Assembly: GCA_964566035.1 (NCBI GenBank)
Contig: CAZMHH010000002.1
Span: forward strand, 64,013-128,012
Reading direction: 5' to 3'
Source: an uncultured Thermodesulfobacteriota bacterium
GTDB lineage: Bacteria > Desulfobacterota > WTBG01 > CAIYCZ01 > CAIRTM01
DNA: 64,000 bases
In this document: positions 58,623 through 64,000 of the stretch, one piece after another
Layout: each line of letters starts with the position of its first letter
Position numbering within the stretch: the first letter of the stretch is position 1
Notes under the pieces: generated by a model
Database searches by the model: none
Told to the model about the DNA's origin: nothing
The model's input: the letters and a program-made list of their open reading frames with translations, nothing else
Position numbers and translations under genes: made by a program

Positions 58623-61175
58623 TCAGAACCCGCCAAGCCGGTAAGCGCCGTCCCCGGAGGTACCTGCATAGAGCACCGTGCCATCGGTGGAAAGTGCAAG
58701 TTGTAATATCTCTTTGGTATCCAGTCCCGTGCTGATATCCTGCCATGTCAATCCGCTGTCTGTTGATACATAGACACCACTTAATCTGCCGGAGGCATAC
58801 ACAACCCCGGGATTCGCCCGATCAACAATTATACTGGTAATATTAGCCTCGGGGTTCAAACCGCTGCTCGTATGCGACCAGCTTTGCCCGCTGTCCGTGC
58901 TTCGGTAAATGCCACTTTTATAAGTGCCGGCATACAGCACTGTGCGGTCGGCAGGATCAATCGCCAGAGATCTAATCGGGACTTCCGGCAGACCTGTTCC
59001 AATCTGCTGCCATGAAGCGCCTGAGTCAATAGACTTATAAAGTTCATACGGCAGCCTTGAGGCATACACGGTTTGTACATCCTCCGGATCAACTGCAAAG
59101 GTGATCAGATTAAAACCCGTCTCTGAATCCATTGCCTGACCCCACGTTTCTCCACGGTCATTTGAAACGTAAAGGCCGATTCCAGGCTGGTCGCAAAATT
59201 CATAATCAAATTCAATTCCAAAATCTTCCACCCAACATCTAAGTTTAGTCACGTTAGCATAGACTGTTGATGGATTTGATGGTGCGAATACGAACTCGAA
59301 GGGCACTATCGTCACTGGAACTGGAAAAACTTCCCAACTTGATCCGCCATCAAAGCTTGATACAATACCGTTTATATCTACCCCTGAGGTCAGTACATGA
59401 TCAGGATCCTTCGGATCAACCGCAATGGCGATTATTTCATTCAGGGGACGCTCCTTTAAGCTTTCAGATGGATTTGCATGGCCAATCCAGGTTTTTCCGC
59501 CGTCAATTGTAGAGAACACACCGGTCCGGCTCCCCGTATAAAGCCGCTTGGGGTTATCGCCAACCAGTGCCAGTACTTTCACTTCTGCACCTGTATAACC
59601 GGAACTCACATTCGACCAGGTCTGACCACCGTCAGAGGACAGAAACACCCCGCCGAGATAGCTGTTGATAAATACCCGATTAGGATCCCTCGGGTCACAC
59701 TGCATATCAATGGGCGTACCGCCGATAACGCCCGGAGGTCCCCATGTTCCGCTCTCTCTGGTATATGTATTCCATATTTCACCGGCGTCATCACTGCGAT
59801 ATACCGCAGATCCGGATGCAGCATAATAGACATTCGGATCGGCTTCACTGATTTCAACGCTGGTAAACATATCATCACCAAGCAACTTCTCCCAGCTTTC
59901 ACCGCCATTCGTTGAAAGAAACACACCCCCTGTATCTTCACCGGTAACCCCTGAAAGCTCTGACCCGCATCCGGCAAGCAGAATATCAGGATTTTCAGGA
60001 TGCATGTACAGGCTGCCGACATACAGATCCGCAAGCCCGTTTTCCTCTCCTATAATTTTCCAGGTTGCACCACCGTCGGTTGACTTTACAATGCCCACCC
60101 CTCCAGGTATTCCGGCCATACCGTCACTGTTGGCAGCTTCACGATCAAAAATCCCTGTTGACACATATAAAATGTTGGTATCGTTAGGGTCAATCCAGCA
60201 ATAGCGGGCGAGGTTGTCTCCGCGCCACAACTCCGTCCAGTTCTCTCCGCCATCTGTCGTCCGGTAAACAATTCCCTGCACACGATCGGTTTCCATACCC
60301 CATACAAGCTGTCCATCATCACTCCAACCCTGGCTTGATATTTCAGCCATGGCATATACTGTATCCGAATCATAGGGGTGTACGGTAAACCCTCTGAAAC
60401 TCAATGCCACTTTGTTGATCAAATCCTGATCAATACCGTTGATTTTTGCCTCCCAGTTGTTGCCCCCATCAATTGATTTATAAATTATTCCTGAATAACG
60501 GGTACCTGTCCAGACAATATCAGGGTTAATGTGGTCTACGGTAACACAAAAAACAGGAACGGAACTGTCAACTGAATCCCGAACCATGCCGTTGATACTT
60601 TTAACCCAGGTATTCCCATTGTCAGTGCTTTTATGGAGCCCTGCATTGGCATCAGTTACATACCAGGTGTTGTAATCATCGTATTTATATCTGATGTCAT
60701 AGCCGATTCCTCCAATGGGACCCCCAAGTCGAATCCAGGAATCCTGCATATAAGCAGGGGTTCCTTCAGCTTCGCTCATATTCATTTCAACGCTTATATA
60801 TTTTTCCTCTCCCGCAAGTATATCAATGTTTTCAGAAACAGAGATATAGTCGGTTGCAGACACAGTTATGGTATAGCTACCGGATGGAATATCTACAATA
60901 ACAAAATTACCTTCCTGGTCTGAAGTAGCAGACAGGTTTAAAGGCTCTGTGGTTACAAAAGCACCATCTAAGGGAAGGCCGTTGCTGCTGTCTGTTATTC
61001 TGCCGCTCAAAACCCCGTTTTCATTTGTGCACGAAACAGTATAAAATATTAAAACCGATAACAATAAGAGCGGTAAAAAAATTACCTTCTTCCTGAAAAC
61101 TCCTGTGGCACCTTTAATCATTTCTACTTCTGTAACCCTTTTACTCTTTTTTACTCTCATAACTGATCCTTTCAT
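58623..61175 (-). CDS. Exported BNR/Asp-box repeat beta-propeller protein with N-terminal carboxypeptidase-regulatory-like (CarbopepD_reg) domain
   Basis: 850 aa. Signal/anchor helix. N-terminal domain GRITDSSNGLPLDGAFVTT...GNFVIVDIPSGSYTITVSATDY. Twelve S-x-D-x-G-x-T-W repeats (e.g. SIDGGNNW, TTDGGENW, STDGGATW, STNGGESW, SSDGGQTW, TIDGGKTW, SFDGGSSW, SNDRGETW, SIDSGASW, STDSGQSW, STDSGLTW). Confidence 0.8.
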   Translation of the reverse strand: MKGSVMRVKKSKRVTEVEMIKGATGVFRKKVIFLPLLLLSVLIFYTVSCTNENGVLSGRITDSSNGLPLDGAFVTTEPLNLSATSDQEGNFVIVDIPSGSYTITVSATDYISVSENIDILAGEEKYISVEMNMSEAEGTPAYMQDSWIRLGGPIGGIGYDIRYKYDDYNTWYVTDANAGLHKSTDNGNTWVKSINGMVRDSVDSSVPVFCVTVDHINPDIVWTGTRYSGIIYKSIDGGNNWEAKINGIDQDLINKVALSFRGFTVHPYDSDTVYAMAEISSQGWSDDGQLVWGMETDRVQGIVYRTTDGGENWTELWRGDNLARYCWIDPNDTNILYVSTGIFDREAANSDGMAGIPGGVGIVKSTDGGATWKIIGEENGLADLYVGSLYMHPENPDILLAGCGSELSGVTGEDTGGVFLSTNGGESWEKLLGDDMFTSVEISEADPNVYYAASGSAVYRSDDAGEIWNTYTRESGTWGPPGVIGGTPIDMQCDPRDPNRVFINSYLGGVFLSSDGGQTWSNVSSGYTGAEVKVLALVGDNPKRLYTGSRTGVFSTIDGGKTWIGHANPSESLKERPLNEIIAIAVDPKDPDHVLTSGVDINGIVSSFDGGSSWEVFPVPVTIVPFEFVFAPSNPSTVYANVTKLRCWVEDFGIEFDYEFCDQPGIGLYVSNDRGETWGQAMDSETGFNLITFAVDPEDVQTVYASRLPYELYKSIDSGASWQQIGTGLPEVPIRSLAIDPADRTVLYAGTYKSGIYRSTDSGQSWSHTSSGLNPEANITSIIVDRANPGVVYASGRLSGVYVSTDSGLTWQDISTGLDTKEILQLALSTDGTVLYAGTSGDGAYRLGGF

Positions 61176-61202
61176 TTGTTTGCAGGTAAAAAATAAAGTC
61201 TA

Positions 61203-62843
61203 TTATTCTATCTTCAGTTTGTCCTGCTCCATCAAAATATCCGGTGTATCCCAGCCCTTCTGATCCATCAGGTCCTTGAATGCCCGGCGGTAGAGCAGGC
61301 GCACTGAAACATCCGCTGTTTTTGTATCTGAAGCATCAAACAGATATCTACTGTTATCTGTTTCAAAAGCAGCAAGCCGGTTGTCGCTTACCTCCCTGAA
61401 ATGACTCCAGTAGTTTGCCGTTGGTGAAACACCTGTCCAAAGTTCTTCCAGTATTCGGGCAAAAGCTTTTCCCGGCAGTCCGGCATAATATCCTTCTTCG
61501 GGATTGCCTGTACCACACCAGTCGGGTATAACATCTCCGCCAATCTGTGCAAGGCTGTCACCGTTTTCATCCAATGCCTCAACAATGAGTATCATGTGTC
61601 TCAGGGGTGAGTCTGTTGGAACATGATGTCCGGTTTTGTCGTTTGTAATGCTGATAGAAACACTGAGCCGGCTGTGTTCAATTTTTCCCGAAACACTCAT
61701 GGTCAAGGAATTCTGGAGCAGTTCCACATCAGCAGCGCCCGGCATTTTGTGGCTGTATATACGGCTCGGATCACGATAATATCCTCCCTTTTCGGGATAG
61801 ACAAAATAGTTGTAATCAACCTGAGGCATGTGGCAATCCTGACATGTCTGTCCGGTTTCAGGATCGCTGTAAGGGCTTTCAAGCCATTCTCCAAAGGAGT
61901 TATACACCGGCGTATCCCAGAACACTCCGAAATGACAGGGACTGCAGTAGGCGCTTTCTTCATATAGCGGGTGCCGGCTGACCCTGCGGGTGACATCATC
62001 AAACTGGGCAAAGAAAAGCTGCTGACCCTCTTCCGGACGGAAAAGCTTCATGGAAAGAACACCGGGATAATTGGGATAGGGGAGCCCTGTTTCATCATCC
62101 AGCAGTACATCCCCGATTTTATGACAGAAATCACAGAATATACCCTCAAGATGAATGCCCTCAACATGGTTTGGATCAACAGCATACGCCATACCGGGCA
62201 TGGATGCCGGACCAGGTACATGGCAGGTGGCACAGTTGCCTGATGTTGAAGGAAAGTCCAGTTTATACCCGGGTCCATAGTAGGGTTTTGACGGGTCGGG
62301 GGGAAGCGGTATAATCCCGTAATCTTTGACCGTTATATAACGGGTAAGCGGACTCTGATTACCCTCTACATCCGTGCCGTTGTACATGGTAAGAAACCGC
62401 TCATTTATGGCAGACTGGCTGTGGGCATCGTCAAGCCATTCAGGATAGGCTGGCATACAGTGCCCGCAGCTCTTAGAACCGTCAAGCCCTTCCATGGAAA
62501 ACCAGTCATAATCCGGATTGTCTGTGGTGTAGTAGGGTTTCAGGGTGATGGTCACATCGGAGGCATTATCCCGGGTCACGGTTTCCCAGCCTACAAAATA
62601 TCCTTTCGCCCAGGCAGTCACGGTAACAGGGGTGCTAAGTGCTATACTGCTCAAAAAGAAAGCGCCCAGATGCCCTGTTGTGGTTTTGTTCTCCGTTGCC
62701 TGAACCCTGACCGTTGCACCTTCTACAGGTCCCCTTTCATCTACTACCCTGCCCGTAACTGTTTCCTGAATATTGCAGCCGAAGAAGAAGGTAAACGCCG
62801 ATAAGGCGATCATACTGAAAACAGATTCTATCAATATCTTCAT
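61203..62843 (-). CDS. Tetraheme cytochrome c lipoprotein with N-terminal CarbopepD_reg-like domain
   Basis: 546 aa. Lipobox FFFGC. N-terminal GRVVDERGPVEGATVRVQA...GYFVGW beta-sandwich. Four CxxCH motifs (CATCH, CDFCH, CSPCH, CQDCH). CGHCM is CxxCM and was not counted as a heme site. Confidence 0.75.
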   Translation of the reverse strand: MKILIESVFSMIALSAFTFFFGCNIQETVTGRVVDERGPVEGATVRVQATENKTTTGHLGAFFLSSIALSTPVTVTAWAKGYFVGWETVTRDNASDVTITLKPYYTTDNPDYDWFSMEGLDGSKSCGHCMPAYPEWLDDAHSQSAINERFLTMYNGTDVEGNQSPLTRYITVKDYGIIPLPPDPSKPYYGPGYKLDFPSTSGNCATCHVPGPASMPGMAYAVDPNHVEGIHLEGIFCDFCHKIGDVLLDDETGLPYPNYPGVLSMKLFRPEEGQQLFFAQFDDVTRRVSRHPLYEESAYCSPCHFGVFWDTPVYNSFGEWLESPYSDPETGQTCQDCHMPQVDYNYFVYPEKGGYYRDPSRIYSHKMPGAADVELLQNSLTMSVSGKIEHSRLSVSISITNDKTGHHVPTDSPLRHMILIVEALDENGDSLAQIGGDVIPDWCGTGNPEEGYYAGLPGKAFARILEELWTGVSPTANYWSHFREVSDNRLAAFETDNSRYLFDASDTKTADVSVRLLYRRAFKDLMDQKGWDTPDILMEQDKLKIE

Positions 62844-63903
62844 TTCTTGAAATACCTTTATTTATCTTTATCCAACCTGGTATGTGCCGAATGTATTCTG
62901 TAAAAACATATAATTTTACATATACCTGTATATAGACAAATGTCAAGAATTTTCTTATGGTTAATTATTTTATGGAATAAGTTGAATAATTAAGAAGAAA
63001 CGGAGACCGGTTTTGTAGCTCACCTCTCTGAAATGCCTTCCAGTATTTAATTAAGATCATCTTCCACAAGGCTTATTTCGGCAAAACCTCCGCAAATGTC
63101 GCTGCCGACATACCAGTCATCTCCTATACCCAATGTTTCCCCGGTTATGGATGAGAGATATTCCCCTGTCACGGATCAATACCTGGCATTTCGTCCGTAT
63201 CCTGCTCCCGCAGTAGTATCCTGCAAACCCGTTGTAATACCATCCCTGCCTGTCTGCAGGATCAATCTGCTTTGCAATTAAAACCTCCCACTGGTTCCCC
63301 TCTTCTCCTAAAAATTCGCCGCTCATACATACGTTCCGGATCAGTTCTGCATACAATATCCATCTTCTGCCTTTTTTATCATCCAGAAAATCGGAATCAT
63401 CTACAAATTGCAAAGACCATCCCCGCCTGCGATAAATTCCATCCTGCAGGCAGGATACAATAAACCGATGCTCTCCGCATTAAAGAAGAACCTTTTGTCC
63501 CTCAATGCATTCACCCCAGAGCTCTTCAGTTATAAAAAGCTGTCTTACCATGATATCACACACAAGTCCCCTGTCCCGGACAACAGTTCTGGAACGGATA
63601 TAGTTATTGCTAATTACTTGCTCTCTGATGCTTTTGGTTTCCCTTTTCAGACTTTATTTACAGTCTTTTTAATGAAAAATATTTTTGTTCTAAGAGTAAT
63701 CAGAATCGTATATAATAAAAAATTCAATTTCAAGATAAACTAATTATGCGGTTACAATATAAGATAAAGTTCTATAATAAATTACAGTTCTTGAGTTCAA
63801 AATGTTTCAGTCAACTCTTTTTTCTTGACAGAATTCATGTGCATTGTAATAATTTAATTTACTTTGCTGAATACCATCAAACTTTAAAAAAGGGGATTTA
63901 TAA

Positions 63904-64000
63904 ATGAGAAAAAATTATGCCGGTTTAGGTTTCAAAGAGAGTGCAATAATTATTATATCTTTTTTTGTTGCGATTGTATTTATTTGTGATCCTGTCTCAA
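63904..64000 (+). CDS. 5' end of a gene encoding a protein with an N-terminal hydrophobic segment (continues beyond window)
   Basis: ATG at 63904 preceded by AAAAAAGGGGA. Translation MRKNYAGLGFKESAIIIISFFVAIVFICDPVS... has no stop before the window end. Confidence 0.4.
   Translation, partial: MRKNYAGLGFKESAIIIISFFVAIVFICDPVS

Noticed and set aside
61203-62843. Fifth haem site CGHCM in the cytochrome lipoprotein
   Set aside because: The motif is CxxCM, not CxxCH. It was not counted, and the haem count is kept at four.
1-64000. CRISPR arrays, IS elements, integrases, rRNA
   Set aside because: No regularly spaced direct repeats, no transposase/integrase-like ORFs, and no rRNA-like conserved stretches were seen anywhere in the window.

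Overview
Almost every stretch of this 64-kb window is coding. Its low GC content and gene content suggest an anaerobic, probably syntrophic or sulfate-reducing Desulfobacterota-type bacterium; that identification is inference from gene content only. Nothing was searched against databases: all product calls rest on motifs and domain order visible in the translations.

Main blocks, in order:
- 1-5.2 kb, minus strand: a housekeeping operon (coaBC, partial at the window edge, pgsA, an exported hypothetical, miaA, a PHP phosphoesterase, ribF).
- 5.4-6.8 kb: tRNA-Leu(CAG), then a tightly coupled MoaD/ThiS-like GG protein, an unknown 132-aa protein, and UbiX.
- 7.0-16.5 kb: a complete archaeal-type (A/V-type) ATP synthase operon in the order H-I-K-E-C-F-A-B-D, followed by a translationally coupled 57-aa hydrophobic ORF.
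- 16.6-18.3 kb: CBS-domain protein, map, def.
- 18.4-30.5 kb: a sensory cluster with three large histidine kinases, one of which is an unusual MinD/ParA-HDOD-GAF-kinase fusion, plus an AsmA-like protein and an ELWxxDG-repeat lipoprotein.
- 30.7-39.4 kb, minus strand: etfB-etfA, then a membrane FeS/cytochrome-b oxidoreductase (EMO type) and a membrane-anchored heptaheme cytochrome c; then a sigma-54 two-component system.
- 39.7-41.7 kb: acetyl-CoA synthetase.
- 42.3-48.7 kb: an AT-rich island carrying a RavA/ViaA-like AAA+/vWA pair, a convergent RmuC, and an orphan radical-SAM/SPASM enzyme with a small upstream peptide ORF.
- 49.5-58.5 kb: an Hdr-Flx flavin-based electron-bifurcation module (HdrD-like, HdrA, MvhD/FlxD, FlxC, FlxB, FlxA) followed by a tungsten-type aldehyde:ferredoxin oxidoreductase and a ferredoxin.
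- 58.6-62.8 kb, minus strand: two exported proteins that share an N-terminal carboxypeptidase-regulatory-like domain, namely a 12-repeat BNR/Asp-box beta-propeller protein and a tetraheme cytochrome c lipoprotein. This pair is the most unusual element in the window.
- 62.8-63.9 kb: an AT-rich stretch with gene remnants, then the start of a gene that runs off the window end.

No CRISPR arrays, rRNA genes, transposases or integrases were seen.
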